From Batkoa obscura (lineage: Eukaryota), in assembly GCA_030770535.1 (NCBI GenBank), contig JASVEC010000002.1, forward strand, positions 1,922,001 to 1,986,000: a stretch of 64,000 nt of DNA. Reading direction: 5' to 3'. Made by a program: the position numbers and the translations under genes. Under the pieces are notes generated by a model. That model was not told where the DNA came from. It searched no databases and saw only the letters and a list, made by a program, of their open reading frames with translations. Within the stretch, counting starts at the first letter, position 1. Every line of letters begins with the position of its first letter. Shown piece by piece: positions 50,295 through 64,000 of the stretch.

Positions 50295-52292
50295 ATGCAG
50301 CTAATTTTAGGTTTAGGAATTTTATTTTATTTGTTTTTAACTATAAATGGTTCTCGTCAACATTTTCTTTCGTCTACAGATCCCCATGATGGTTGTTATT
50401 TAATTGCTGATAAACAGATAGTGACTTATGATGAAGCTATTAGATGTTATAAAGAGTTCCCTTTTAATGAAACAGTACGTGAGAATACTTTAGATACCTT
50501 AAAGAAAGCTCTTCCATTCTATGCATTTTTAGATATAGCTAAATCCTCGCCAGAACCTAAAATACCTTTGAAATTAGATTTGATTGAAGAAATTCGTAAA
50601 ATTGGGTATAAAAGCTACCAGTATGAAATGAACTTTCAAAATGATTTAGTTAATTTATTCCATCAATTGAATGATGGGCACACAGGTTATTCTTCTGGTT
50701 GTTTTTCTTCATTTATATTTCGTCAACCCTTTCCAATTGTTACTGTAAGTGAGGATTTTGGTGGTCAAAAGTTTTTAATATTACCTGAATTTACATTAGG
50801 TTATGGCTTAGAAGAAACTTGGAATAAAATGGGGTTTGATATTAAAAGGTATGCTGGTAGTGAGATTATATTAATCGATGGCATTCCTCCATTAGATTAT
50901 TTTATTCGCTATGCTAATACTATGATTGGCGCATCTAAAGATATCAATTCAAGAATTAATTTAGCTTTGGCTAGAGTAATGCAAAGGGGTGGTAAATGGG
51001 GTATTGCTAATGGTGGATTTACTGCAACTGTTTCTATACCTAATAAATCAGCAATAACTTACACCATTAAACTTAAAAAAGGAGGTAGTGAAACAGTTAC
51101 AATACCCTATTTAGCTTCTAGTCCGATGGATTTTAAAGATAGTAAAGAGTTCTATAAAAAATATTGTGCTTATAAAGAATTTCGAATTAAATCCCCTCAA
51201 CCTGGATTTGATCCTAAATTACCTCAATTTAGAGTAATGCAAGTACCTAAAGTAGTTTATGAAAAATTAGATCATCCGTTGACTTCTACTATTAAAACTT
51301 TGGATGAAGATCCATTAAAAAATCCATTAACTTCAGGTGAAGTAATACAAACTTGGATGGTGAATAATAGCACAGGTGTAATGACAATTGCTAGTTTTGT
51401 AGCGAGTAGTGAACAAGCTTTTTTGAAAGAAGCAGCTAATGGTTTCCGTGCACTCAAACGCAAAGGAGCTGAAAAATTGATCTTAGATGTTAGTAATAAT
51501 GGAGGAGGAGTAATCTGTTGGGGATACTATATATTGGACTATTTATTTCCACACTCTGATAAAAGATATTTTGATACAGATATGCGTGCATCTAAATTAA
51601 TGTTAATGATGGCAGATAGAGACAATAGAGATGGAGGTTTTTTCAACTTTAACTATTGGCTTAAACCAGATGGACGTCCATTTAGTAATAGTGAAGATTT
51701 TGTTGGTAACAATCGATATTTTAGAGGAGGTGCTTCAGCACATTATACTTCTTTATTTGACGATCAATGTGGACCAAATCCATTACATTTGATGATGAAT
51801 AAGGAATATAATAATAAATCAGATAGCCTTTTACCTCCATTTCCATTAAACAAACTAGCTGTGGTTACTAATTCTATATGCTATTCAACTTGTTCTTTAT
51901 TAGTCAATGGACTTCAAGAGATGCATGGAGTCACTACGTATGCTATGGGAGGAGTTCGAGGACAAGTAGCTACCACTTGCTCTATTCAAGGAGGAACTGT
52001 TTATAACTTTGAATATCTATTGGATGATTTAGCTGAACTTGGATTAAGAAATCATCCAGATGCACCAAAGCAATTCCCAGTTGAAGCTTCACTTTCATTA
52101 ACAATTCGTGAAGCTTATTCTACAAGAAATTTTTCAAGACAAGATGGTGAGAAATATGGTAATAGACCTTTAGAATTTACTTGGACTAGAGCTAGCTACC
52201 ACAAACCTTATCCAGGGCCTGCAACTATACTTTCGCCTTTTGAGCAATGGAGACAAATTGCCGATGATTTTTTTCACCATCAAAAAAACTGA
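50295..52292 (+). CDS. Second S41-family secreted peptidase, inverted paralog of 40364-42355
   Basis: Near-identical protein with the same motifs; divergence concentrated in the C-terminal ~110 aa. Confidence 0.87.
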   Translation: MQLILGLGILFYLFLTINGSRQHFLSSTDPHDGCYLIADKQIVTYDEAIRCYKEFPFNETVRENTLDTLKKALPFYAFLDIAKSSPEPKIPLKLDLIEEIRKIGYKSYQYEMNFQNDLVNLFHQLNDGHTGYSSGCFSSFIFRQPFPIVTVSEDFGGQKFLILPEFTLGYGLEETWNKMGFDIKRYAGSEIILIDGIPPLDYFIRYANTMIGASKDINSRINLALARVMQRGGKWGIANGGFTATVSIPNKSAITYTIKLKKGGSETVTIPYLASSPMDFKDSKEFYKKYCAYKEFRIKSPQPGFDPKLPQFRVMQVPKVVYEKLDHPLTSTIKTLDEDPLKNPLTSGEVIQTWMVNNSTGVMTIASFVASSEQAFLKEAANGFRALKRKGAEKLILDVSNNGGGVICWGYYILDYLFPHSDKRYFDTDMRASKLMLMMADRDNRDGGFFNFNYWLKPDGRPFSNSEDFVGNNRYFRGGASAHYTSLFDDQCGPNPLHLMMNKEYNNKSDSLLPPFPLNKLAVVTNSICYSTCSLLVNGLQEMHGVTTYAMGGVRGQVATTCSIQGGTVYNFEYLLDDLAELGLRNHPDAPKQFPVEASLSLTIREAYSTRNFSRQDGEKYGNRPLEFTWTRASYHKPYPGPATILSPFEQWRQIADDFFHHQKN

Positions 52293-52474
52293 TTTCTTAA
52301 TAAATAAGGATTAAAAGCCATTATTAAACTTTTGTGATGTGAGAAAAAAATGTTTTATATTATTAAATAATTTGAGTTATTAGATTTTAGACAAGTAACT
52401 AAATCAATCTTGTAATATTTAGTATTTAATTTAACTAAAACAAAATATTAAATACAAGAATATAAAAAAACATT

Positions 52475-55142
52475 TTATTGGGATATTGAATTTAAAACCT
52501 TAACGATAGCATTGGCAGTTTCTTTGACTTGAGATGGATTATTATTACTATTCAATGCATTTAAACCACTAATAGTAAGTTTATTAAATACTTCGAATAA
52601 ATTGATCCCTTTAAATGCTTCTCTATTATTATTAAAATTAATTAATATATTTTTAAGTATCTCTAACCCACGAATTTGTTTATCAATTCCAGTATTAGTA
52701 GCAATAAGTAATGGTATAACCCTTAACGTAACTGGTAATTTTAAAATATTAATACAAACTTGAGTGGAATTCGATAGTATTGCTAATGCACCACTAGCTG
52801 CTATAATTGTACTATCATCATCTGTATCTGACAACGCTAATAATGTATGAATTTTATTTTTTGCTCCAGCTGTTGAATAAAGTTCATAAACCTCTTGGTT
52901 AGTTACCATATTACATAGTAATTCAGTAGCCGCTCTTTGAACCATTGAATTATCGGATAATATCAACATTTCAATAGCTGATAATCCTTTTAAACTAACA
53001 ATTCTTTGACGAACTTCTGGATATTCACAAGAAAGATTAGTAAGAGAAAGTAAACATTCAAATTGTTGTAAAAGAGAAGCAGAACTATAAACTTCACTTC
53101 CACCTTGACAAACATTTAAAAATGGTCGAACAGCCTCTACTTTTAATTCCCCTGGGAAGGCAATTTTGGGGTCGGTATGAATGGCAAGTTTAGCAAGTGC
53201 TTGAGTGGCTAATAAAGCAACTTCTATTGATTCTGAAATAGCAATTGGCAATAAAGCTTTAACCGTTCCATATTTAAATAATTCTCCATGATTTAATTTA
53301 TCTGTAGCTAAACTAAGATAAATATTGGCTAAACAGGCATATATATTCTGCTTCTTAGTTTTACTAAGCTTAACTAATAAAGATAATAGATTAGGAGCTC
53401 TTATAATTAATGAATTTCTCTTTTTTACTATATCATCAGTCATATTTGGATCTTGCATTTCATCAATAGTTTGATTAGATTCTTTAGCTAATTTTTTTAA
53501 TTTCTTAATTTGTTCTTGCTCCTTAGTTAATACTTTACGATAAGCTAATACATTGGATAGAATGGCACTAATACCATAAAGTGTTGCTGGATGTATATCC
53601 TCTAATAAACCCAACTTCGTAAGTCCAGCCCAAAACAAAAAATTATTACCAAGGATAGCTCGTACTTTAGGATGAATACTATAAAAGGTAAGACTTTCTA
53701 TAGCTGTCATTTTAGCAGCTGAACTAAGTATGGATTCTTTATCAATTATAATATCAATTAGTGGCATTACCAAGTCATCGATAGTTGATTGATCAATTTC
53801 TATTTTATTTTCGATTGATAATTTTGATTTAACTAAAATGGCTTGTGCTCTTAATACACTCATTTTTTGACCTTTATTTTTAGATAATTGGTCTAAATAA
53901 ACTAAGGAAGTTTCCATTATTAATTTTCTACCCTCTGTTGTATTACACGCTAAGCCCAAAACTTCCACCATTTCAATTTGAGATTCTTCTTTTTCAAAGG
54001 AGATTAAATCTAATGTTTCTAATAGCCATGATTCTTGAGTTATTAATTCTAAACCTAAAGGCTCAATACATTGAAATACGGATTTAAGGAATACAAAACA
54101 TTGTAATTGAGAAGTATTTGATTGTAAATCATCAAATTTTTTAGTAAGAGACTTGGATATAGAATCAAAAGCTTCTTTATTTTCTTTTGCCTTCATTAGT
54201 ATAATAATTGTTAAACCTCGAATTTCTTCATCTTTTGAATATAAATTATCAATCATCATATTTTTAAAAAGAATATGATTTGAAAATTGAAATGGAAAAT
54301 CATACAAAGAAAAGGTTTGAATTATTGGTAAAATGGAATTTTTGAAAACGTTCTTTGAATAACCTTTACCTATAGCAAATAAAACATTTAAATACAATAA
54401 ATACAACTTATCTTTAACTATATTTTTGACATCTTGATTCTTCAAACTACTAATCTCAATAAACATATTTCTAAATAATCCTGAGAATAAAGTAACAGTT
54501 TCATCTTGTAATTTTGGCAATGATAAATCTCCAATCAAAGCCAACTTTTTTATTATGGATTCTAAGCAGGCTTGATTTTGTGTTAAGTTCGTTATGTTTT
54601 TTAATAGATATTGAATGAATTCCTCTTTATAATTCTGACTATTTTTTAAAACATTTAATAATGTTTCTAAAACTAATACTGGTCCATTAAGTTCATTAAA
54701 TTGATTAACGAATACTGAGTTTGATTGAGAGCTTAATTTTTCTAACTTCTGTACTGCTTCTAACTTTTCGTGTATTTCAACATTTTCATTACATATTTTT
54801 AAAAGTAACTCTTTTGGTAATGATTCATCTAAACTTGGATCTTTGATAGAAATGAGTTTCTTAGTTAACGCTATAATCTTTGGGTTTTGACTATCAATTG
54901 ATAATGCTTCTTTTAAAATTGAATGAGCTTCGGAATATTTTTCTTTTTTTATTGAAGCTTCACATTGATTAATTAATTCATTAAGCTTTTCGTCAACATC
55001 GATGATTACTGAATTTATAATTAAATAGTTTATTTTGAATTATATTATTTACTTACTAGTCTCTACTTTCTTGCTAAGATCTAGTTGAATTTAGTTAACT
55101 AATTGTTAAATTAATTGACTTGAATTATAAATTACCTTCCAT
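52475..55142 (-). CDS. SHE4: UCS-domain myosin chaperone (UNC-45 / She4 / CRO1)
   Basis: QALAKLAIHTDPKIAF, LLQQFECLLSLTNL, DNSMVQRAATELLCNM, AASGALAIL. The frame stays open upstream of 54544 (exon apparently to ~55009), with two micro-exons and ATG at 55142. Confidence 0.88.
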
Positions 55143-55439
55143 TTATTAAGAAATAATTCTTATTATTAAACATTTTTATTTATAATGACATCAAAAACTA
55201 CAATTATAAAATGCAAATTTTGTGGCAAAAAATAAAAAGTAACCATACTAACAATTAACATCATATAATAACCCATTTAAATAATAGAAAATACATAATC
55301 ATAATATCATAAAATAAACGCTTCAATTAATTTATTAAATCATACGATTATATTAATTCATATAAATTTATGTCTAATTAAAAGCCAAATACTAAATATA
55401 GATCCTATATGACCCAGTTAAACTAAAATTTAGTGAAAC

Positions 55440-57016
55440 TCAAAGATGAGAAGTAGAGTTATTGGCCCAAGCGACGATGATATTATAAGCGATCGAATGT
55501 TTAGTAGGTAAAACCAATTCAATATCTGCAACTTCGCTATCTGCTTTTGGAGGATCAGACCAAAAAGAAAAAGTGTTGACTTCGTTACCTATTGCCTTTA
55601 ACACTTGTTGTCTTGTAAACCATTTGGCATCTAAATTGTGGTTCAATTACTTGTTTATGAGTAAATCATTTTATTTACCTTCTAATTCCTATTGAAGATG
55701 ATATAAATAAAGTTATTAAATAATCAAGTTAAGAGTACCTCATCGTCTTTATTTATTTCTTCGGTAACTGCATAGGCATGACATCCAATCATCAAATTAC
55801 TAGGAAATGGCTATAAAAATGTTTTATTTAATATTTTCAAATTACGTAATGTGAGAATTACCCATGGCTGTGATGAAATATACTTAACATTATCAACAAC
55901 TACCCCAGTCTCTTCAAGTACTTCTCTTTGTATAGCTTCCTAATTAAATAATCAATTTGAGAAAAGTCTTGAATCAACTAAATTACTTCAAGTGATTCTC
56001 CAGGCTCAAAAAAACCAGCTACACAAGAATACACTTTTTTTGGAAATACTGATTTTCTACCTAATAATATTTTTTCTCCATCTTTTGAGATGACACATAC
56101 AATACCAACAGCATCTTATTATTTTTATTAGCATTATTAATAAAACTAGATGTAAAATCACTACCCGTTCTAGGATAGCTAAAATTTTGAATCGAATTAT
56201 TAGCTGTACATGGGATCTCTTGATCTATTGATAATCCTAAACATATTCTTTTATAACCAGACTCTCCGTAAGCTGAATAAAAATTAGATCAATTTTAACC
56301 AAATAAACTAATAACCACCTGTTATAGAACCACAACTTGGACAATATTTGCTTTTACTGTGCCAGTCAAGCTGAATGTTAAACTGTTTAGTAAAATAAAA
56401 TGGATTAAAATAATATTTTACTATTGCTCTAGCTTGAGATACAATAGCTGCAACTTCAGGTTTTAAACCAAAAGCGGCAGGCCTTAATCTTAAAAATTCA
56501 TTTCCACTTTTAGTTAATTCTGTTATTTATTTCATGATTATAAATAATATCATAATATATAAATAGTTTACCATTTATAAAATCTTCATTTTTTGGTAAA
56601 AGTTTATTGGTGCCATTTAACTGAAGAGCAAAGTAGTCGCTATTTTCTGATTGATGAAATCCCAGATAGATCAAAATTAAACCATAATCATATTGCAATT
56701 TCTTATAGATTTCTCTTTGTCCTTCTTTTTCAATATTTTCATTATATAATTCAATACCATGAAATAGTCCACTTATGTTTTGATAGTTTGAAATATATAA
56801 ACTTTTTGCTCCAGATTGAAACAAAGCTTTATCTTTGTTGAATAATAATACTTTACTGTTATCTGAAATCAGCTTTTTTCTCATAATTGAAAGGCGTTCG
56901 CGAGAAGGTCCATTTCTAATTTATATTGTTATTTTTTCTTATAGCTAATGTTATAATAGTTAGTTGTTAATAAGGTACCTGTTTAATGGATTACCACCAA
57001 AAAAATTGATATTCAT
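55440..57016 (-). CDS. NPY1: NADH pyrophosphatase (NudC / NUDT12-13 family); multi-exon
   Basis: [24 protein letters not shown]; Nudix box [30 protein letters not shown]. Confidence 0.93.
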
Positions 57017-57627
57017 TTTAGTATAACTTTTATTGTTAAAATTGAGTTTTGACTGGATTAAATGATTAATTGGATTTTTTATAATCATTGTTGACGTATT
57101 AGTAATTCAAATGGCTTACTAACAATGTTAGCAGTTGAGATTTTATTTACTACTTTTTTTTGCACAAATATTGATTAACTATTTGAAACATTATAAAAGT
57201 TCAATAAACTTACTTTATTTCTTCATACAATGTCAGATGTCTATTAAATAATAATTTATTGTACATAAAAATAAACTAATAAACTAACATATAAAAAATT
57301 AAAGTGACTGTATTGATATAAAAAAAACCTATATTTAAATAAAACAATAGAATATTAATAAGAATAGTTGGTTTTAAAATTCCTTTTTATTTAGTAATAA
57401 ATAAATAATAGTATTTTCACATCCTGTTAAACATATTATTTAGTACGTTTAGTTTATTTATTACTTTTATTTAATAAATAATTAAATATATAATTATGTT
57501 TTAAAAATTAGAAACTTAATAGAAGTTAAGTTGAATAATAAAAAAGCCAGAATATTTGACTGCATATTGAATCGATTTTTCACTTAAAGTATTTAATTGT
57601 TAAATATTATAATATAATTATTAATAT

Positions 57628-57862
57628 AGGTTAATTTAAAGCTTGGTTCACTTTTGTCCAATTTAGATTTTTAATAAAATTGCAAATTAATTACCAAGCA
57701 CTACAAAAGTATACTTTGCTTAATTTAAAATAACTTTATTTAAGCGTTTTTTATATAGTATTTATTTAATATTTTTTGAAAATTAGCACTATATAGTAAA
57801 TGAACAAAAAAAGTGAAATAGGAACTTTTATTCTTGATTTAACCGAGTTTTTAAACTTACCC
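57628..57862 (+). mobile_element. Repeat family B copy with imperfect terminal inverted repeats
   Basis: Left end AGGTTAATTTAAAGCTTGGTT; reverse complement of right end GGGTAAGTTTAAAAACTCGGTT; second copy at 48670-48903. Confidence 0.6.
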
Positions 57863-58879
57863 GTAACATATATGGCACACACAAATTTATTATAAAAAAT
57901 TGTGAAGTATAGACAGAAGATATGAGATATTAAATGTGATAAACAAATAATCTATTATAAAAACAAAAACAAAAACAAAAACAAAAACTCATTAGATTAT
58001 CAATTGCTACTTTTAATGATGTGCTTTTAACTATATTAATAAGAAAGCATGTTATTACTATACTTTATCAGTTATTTCAAACAAAGTTTAATTAAAAATT
58101 GTTAAAAATAAGTGTGAAATTTTAAAGTCCAAAATTTAGGATAACTTTTATAAGTACATTTAATTATAAAATAAAATATTTTTCAATATAGAATATTATA
58201 AAATGATAATATAATGAACCCCAAATTAATAAATGACATTATAAAAATTGACTAAGTTTAAATATAATATTTTGTTCGATTTTAAATAGACTAAAATTGA
58301 GAATAGAGCTAACAATTCATCAATATTTATTTTTAGATACTTTTCAAACGACTTCAAAATCCGCTTTACCAATAATATTCAAATAGAATGGAAAACTGAT
58401 GCGAAAATAGAAGTTTGCATAAATAAAAGCTTTGGGGTGTATCCTAAAAGATGTGATATACTATTGTACTGTTATTAAGTGACAACAGAGTTTTCTAGTA
58501 TCATCTATTAAAATAGTTGTAAAAATTAAGGTATATATTATTATAAATAGTTTACTGTATTATTTTATTTGATAAACGTTAAATTAAGTACAAGTTGTCA
58601 ACTACAGATGATCGTGAAAGGAAGTTGATTAGACCAATTAAAGTTAAATATAGTAACGAAATTTGAATTATAATTCAATAGCTAAAAAGAAAGGAACAGA
58701 GACAATTATTGGATTAATTGACAAGGGTATGATTTAAAATAAGGAGAGAGTTAAAATTTCTTAAGTATAAAATCACCCATAAAATCACTTCTTTTTCAAA
58801 CTTTTGACTTTTATTTTAACAATTATTTCTTGATTCTAAAATCATTTCAATATTTAATTGAAATAGTTATATAACCAAA

Positions 58880-60039
58880 ATGCAATTAGAAGCCATACCA
58901 GTTGGGCTGAAAACCAATTTTTTTATTTTGGTCAAGAGGATATTGTTTGATAGTAAAGCGTTGAAAAATATATCAATATTTTTTCTTATCCGTCCTAAGC
59001 AATCCTCCTTTTATAAGATTATTAATTTTGTATTTAATTGTATGGTCTATGCTACGAACTTGGCATACCCTATATTTAGTTGTCTTAGTATTGATTATGT
59101 TTATCGTAAGTATATAAAACATGGGGATTCAACAAAACTAAACAACAAGCCCAAGTCAATAAAATCAAATAACGAAACCAAATCAATTAAAAAGAAAGTA
59201 GATGATATCAATATTAGAATTCAATCTACTAACAAAGATATTGACAATAAAAAGAGTCATGATGAGTGCGGAGTTGATTCAAGATTTGTTCATTGGGTTA
59301 GAGCAAAGCCAGTTAAACCAGAATACCGTCCAAAAGGCAAATGGAGAAAATCTGATTTTAAAAGTAAATTTAATGATAAATTACGATGTACTATTTTGGA
59401 TAAAGGAGATTTATGTAAATATATCTTATTGTTATTATTCAATAATTAATGTATTTTTTTAGTATTAGAAAAGTATTTAAAAAAGTTAGACATACCTGTG
59501 TTACTTCCTATGTATAAAATAACTTATTGTAATACCACATCAAAAAAAGATAGTAATTGATTCTATATTTTTTCAATTAATATACTAAATATTTTAGTTC
59601 CTAAAGATCTCAATGACACACTAAATAAAATCATCGATAAAATAGTAGGCGAAGGAGGTAGAAGGAGAAGTCCAACTAATAAAAAATTAGTTGACCAACT
59701 TATAGATAATGCAGTAGGTATATCGCATATTGAACCCGAGCTATTATTAAAAGGTAGAATACCGCCTACCTCTCCTATTTCATTTAAAAAATCAACACTT
59801 CGTTTAATCCCTCATCTTAAAAAATATGGCTTGTATTATTAAATTATTAATTTCCTCCTAATATCATTTTCTCTTCAAAAACAAGAGACAGTTGTAAGGT
59901 TGGTGCTAAAGTGGCATCTTTTTCCTTAAAATCCCTAATAAATTATTACTTATATTTAATTGCCTTGTTTGTTATTGATACTTTTATAAAATTTAGGGAT
60001 GTAAAGCATACAGGTGTTTCATTTCTAGAAGAAGTTTAA
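58880..60039 (+). CDS. Hypothetical protein, probably spliced after the first 189-codon ORF; 3' exons uncertain
   Basis: Long first ORF ending near a GTAAAT donor; further coding-like segments at ~59460-59530, 59600-59930 and 59997-60039. No family recognised. Confidence 0.45.
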
Positions 60040-61428
60040 GGCTAAGAGGTTTAACCAAAACGTCATTAATTTTTTAATCTTTAGATCCTTTTTAACTATA
60101 CAATTATGGTTATTTATCTTTAATTTTACTTAATAAGATTCAGAAGCTCCTTTATATATTGATCAGTTGATATTGCGGGAAAATTATGCTACATTGTTTT
60201 AAATAGATACCTGAAATACTATTGAAGTTAAATATGTAATTTTTTGATATTTTCGGCAACTATTTGTTTGCTCCACTTTTTTAAAGCTTGATCTAATAAG
60301 CTTCAGAGAAAATTATGTCATTTTCTTTTAAATGAACAATTAGCTGTTACCACTTATTTGAGCTTAAATCACTGTGAAAAAAACATATTTGGGAAATATT
60401 TTTTCAAAAATCTTAATCAGTTTTAAGTTGCTTAAAAGTTGAAAAATTATAGTTAAATTCTCAAACAAAAGACTGCTTAATTGAAAATTTCTTTATAATT
60501 ATAGTTAAAAGTTAAAATCTATAATATTCTAATATTCTATTACATTTTTTCTACTAAAAATAGAAATATACTTATCCAGTATATAAGATAACAGTTACAC
60601 CACTTCATTACTAACTGCTCCTTGAGATGGATAAATATTTTGGTTTTTACCATTATAAATATCAAGTAATAAACGAGTTCAAAAATACGGTTTATAGTTA
60701 TATACGAGAATTTATAAAATGAATAGACTTACCTGCATTTACTAAATATATTTTATATAATCCATTACCTAATTCATTAATGCTTTAAGTTCTAGCACTT
60801 ATTAAATAGTAATTGATAAGAAGCTATATTGATACCAGGTAAAAAAGGTATATTAGCTTTATTAACTCTTGTATAAGTAAAACATTAAAGTGAATATAAC
60901 AATTTATTTAGCATTGAGGGTAAACAAAGATTTCAATTAAACAAATGATACTTAACATGATCTAAAAGGTGGGAAGAAAAAAATCACTTCTGAAATCAAG
61001 GGGGAAGAAAGGGCATTTAATGCTCAAAATTTTTATAATTAAAGGATGATTTGTTATAAATAGCAATAGTTGGTACAGTAGTGTTGTTTAATAAATATCC
61101 TAAGTTCTCACTATCCTTGATTTTTCAATATCTCAACCCTTTTTTATATTATAACCACTTTTGTTACTTTTATTGAGAGGTCACCAATAAAAAATGTAGT
61201 TAATCAACACTTTTAGTTACAACAAATTTAATTGGTTAAGTTCCTTGGAAACTTCCTATCAAGTCTAATCTTAAAAGCGTTAAAATAAAGGAAGGCTTGT
61301 TATTATTGTCATTGTGATAATAGAAGAATAAACTTGAAATTAGCTACCAAACTTTTGCTTAAAAAGCTGAGATTGCATTTATAAATAGACTAAAAGTTAA
61401 TTTTGTTTTTATTTTTTATTTAAAAAAT

Positions 61429-62289
61429 ATGGCAATAGAATTGAAATCAAATTCCCAGACTATAAAGCCCTCAGCTAAGCCTGAGAATAATGGCAACTTC
61501 CTATTGATGACTTTGATCAGTGCCATCGTCTTCTTCCCAGCTTTAGCAATTGGTGTTTGCCAGATTATCAAACAAATATTATTTCCAATAGCCAAACCAA
61601 AAGTTGAAGAGAAAACCGAAAAAGTTAAAGAAAAGCCTAGAGATTGCGATATTGAAAAGTTACTTAGGCTTAAAAAGATCCATGATCATAAATTGAAAAT
61701 GAGGAAGTTAAGAGATAAAGAAAACAATAAAGTATTGAAAAAGTTTAATCCGTTAAGACCTAATTCCTTTATCAAAAGCAATAATGGGTTTGAAATACCC
61801 ATATTCCCTGTTTATGAAAAGAGACCAATCTGTCATCAAGTTGCAAGCCTCCAACACTTGATCCATGCTCCACATCCATTGGACCATTTTCTTCAAACTT
61901 ATGATTTTGAAGCTAGCAACATCCATGATAAGAAATGTAAAGAATTTATACTTACTTATACTGAGGCTTTGTATGCCTTATTAAAAGGTTTATCCAACTA
62001 TGAGTTATTCCAAGAGTATAAAATTGCTTTATGTAGAAATTATCCAAAGGTACCAGCTTGTCTTTTGACTGCTGGTTTAGATCACATATCTTCAAGAAAT
62101 GAAATGCTTCCCAGTCATCGTAACACTGTGATCTTTCAAATGTTAGTTGAAGCAAATGCAATTGCTCAATGTGACCCCTGTTCAATTGTAACTTGTTTAG
62201 AATCCCCCTTTGGTATGCAAGCAAACTTTTACAACCGTTGCATGCATCTCAAAAGTGTGTATAGAGAATTGAAACATTATTATGTTTAA
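61429..62289 (+). CDS. Hypothetical protein with an N-terminal transmembrane segment
   Basis: 286-codon ORF with coding-like composition; hydrophobic FLLMTLISAIVFFPALAIGV; TATAAA upstream at ~61380. Confidence 0.65.
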   Translation: MAIELKSNSQTIKPSAKPENNGNFLLMTLISAIVFFPALAIGVCQIIKQILFPIAKPKVEEKTEKVKEKPRDCDIEKLLRLKKIHDHKLKMRKLRDKENNKVLKKFNPLRPNSFIKSNNGFEIPIFPVYEKRPICHQVASLQHLIHAPHPLDHFLQTYDFEASNIHDKKCKEFILTYTEALYALLKGLSNYELFQEYKIALCRNYPKVPACLLTAGLDHISSRNEMLPSHRNTVIFQMLVEANAIAQCDPCSIVTCLESPFGMQANFYNRCMHLKSVYRELKHYYV

Positions 62290-62998
62290 ATTAAGTGGCG
62301 CTTATATATAGTCGTTACATTGTATTTTATATTTTTATAGCTTGAAGCTAGCTTTTACATATCCAGTTTGGTAATAACTAATTTTAGCTCAATAAATTTT
62401 TTTGATCTTAATTTCTCCGTTTTTTGTAATTTGAAGGTTGTATTATCCCATAGAAATTAGCTTTGGCATTTGATTGGCTGCTATAAAGCGTGACTTGATT
62501 ACCAAATAATAAGTATAGATTATCTCTGTTTTAGAAATGATGAGCAAATTGTGATTTTAAAAACACCTTGTTTGAATAAATTGTAATGTTAAAAATTATT
62601 TTATAATTATGATACACAATGATTTTTAATAATGTTAATGGAATAATGATTTATTGTAAATGAATTAAAATATTAGTCATTACGATTTTTAAATTATACA
62701 TTAGTGAAATTGAAATTATTAATTCTCATATTTTACTTTTAAAAAGAGTGATTTAATTATTTTCTAGGAATATTTAGTATCTATGTTGCTATTTAGGCTA
62801 TATTATCATTGTTTATATTAGAACTTTAAATTAGTTTAGTTTATTTACTTTGCTTTCAAATTAATTGTTTAATACCTTATTTTATAAAATCGTTTTTAAT
62901 ATTACTGGAAAAATATTCATTTAAAATAATCGACTCCTAAAAAACAAGAAAATAGATATTTAATATTAAAATACTTTTATAATATCAATAGACAAAAA

Positions 62999-64000
62999 TT
63001 AAGCAGATAAGGGATTGGGATGGAACTTCTCAAAAGCAAGTTTGCTTTTAGCAGATTCATCAACTTTAGCTAAAATCAAAGCAGTACGAGTAGGGAGGTA
63101 AGCTTGGAGATAATGATCTCTACCATGCCATGGTTCAGGGGTGGTAAAGAAGACAGAAGTATCATGTTGAATACGACCAAACCCACCAAAGTCTTTAGAA
63201 TCAGAATCCAAAAGGATTTGATATTTACCTGGATTATGGACTCCAACTCGATAATCAGTAAAGGATTTACTGTCATGGAAATTAAATATAAATAATAGAT
63301 TTGCTCTTTCAAATACAATCACACGATCGTCTTGATGCTTTAAGGATACATAGCCTTGAGGGGAAGATAGCCAACCATACTCTTTTTCAGTATTATTCAT
63401 AGCTGAATCAAAGGCATAGAGATATTTATAACGAAGTAATTGATCATCTGCCAAGTTAAACTGACGACGTGCATAATGGAAAGTTGAACCATTACCTTCT
63501 CTTGGGAAATCTAACCATTCTGGATGTCCAAACTCATTACCTTCAAAATTTAAATAACCTTCACCGCCTAATCCATGAGTAAGTAAACGAATCATTTTAT
63601 GGAGCGCTAAACCACGCTCAATAGTAGGAGTTAAAGCAGTAAGATCTGACATATTGGTATACATCTCTGCATCCATTAACCAAAAGGCAATAGTTTTATC
63701 TCCGACCAAGGCTTGATCATGAGACTCACAATAAGCAATTGTTTTTTCCAAATGACGACGATTTGTCAAAGTATGTACAATGTGACCAAAATCCCATTGA
63801 TCATCTTTAAGCTCTTTGAGGTATTTGATCCACATATCTGGAACAGCCATTCCAAGTCTGTAATCAAAGCCAACACCACCTTCAGAAGTTGGACGACAAA
63901 GACCTGGCATACCACTTACATCTTCAGCAATGGTAATGCAAGTTGGATATAGCTCATGTAAAATCTTGTTGGCCAACATAAGGTAAGTAACAGCCTCTTC
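62999..64000 (-). CDS. GLC3: 1,4-alpha-glucan branching enzyme (GH13_8); 5' part lies outside the window
   Basis: [53 protein letters not shown]. Confidence 0.97.
   Translation of the reverse strand, partial: EEAVTYLMLANKILHELYPTCITIAEDVSGMPGLCRPTSEGGVGFDYRLGMAVPDMWIKYLKELKDDQWDFGHIVHTLTNRRHLEKTIAYCESHDQALVGDKTIAFWLMDAEMYTNMSDLTALTPTIERGLALHKMIRLLTHGLGGEGYLNFEGNEFGHPEWLDFPREGNGSTFHYARRQFNLADDQLLRYKYLYAFDSAMNNTEKEYGWLSSPQGYVSLKHQDDRVIVFERANLLFIFNFHDSKSFTDYRVGVHNPGKYQILLDSDSKDFGGFGRIQHDTSVFFTTPEPWHGRDHYLQAYLPTRTALILAKVDESAKSKLAFEKFHPNPLSA

Noticed and set aside
60389..60475. Possible very degenerate MITE A copy
   Set aside because: Only scattered similarity and no intact right end or TSD.

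Overview
AT-rich eukaryotic DNA with many very short GT-AG introns, most consistent with an early-diverging fungus (a Conidiobolus-like Zoopagomycota is a guess from composition and gene content, not a database result). Conserved spliced genes: CWF19L1/DRN1 (partial), U2 snRNA, frequenin/NCS1, BRE1, TRM82, PIG-U/GAB1, ornithine decarboxylase antizyme with a +1 frameshift, PRP28, a Vip1-like RRM protein, AUH-like enoyl-CoA hydratase, UNC-45/She4, NADH pyrophosphatase NPY1 and glycogen branching enzyme (partial). Between them are intronless accessory genes: F-box/LRR, two expansin-like secreted proteins, a GMC oxidoreductase, a small Cys-rich secreted protein and two S41 peptidases. Four structural signals stand out. 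(1) A ~934-nt non-coding element at 10636-11569 folds along its whole length into one imperfect rod, has two homologous terminal loops in opposite polarity and a 10-bp flanking direct repeat, as expected for an integrated copy of a circular viroid-like RNA. (2) About 12 copies of a ~97-bp GGG...CCC MITE carry 4-bp AWWT target duplications (Sola-like). (3) Two tandem genes look like domesticated transposase DNA-binding domains. (4) Four inverted duplicate pairs have near-identical core tracts that suggest gene conversion. All alignments and counts were done by eye, so exon boundaries are approximate.
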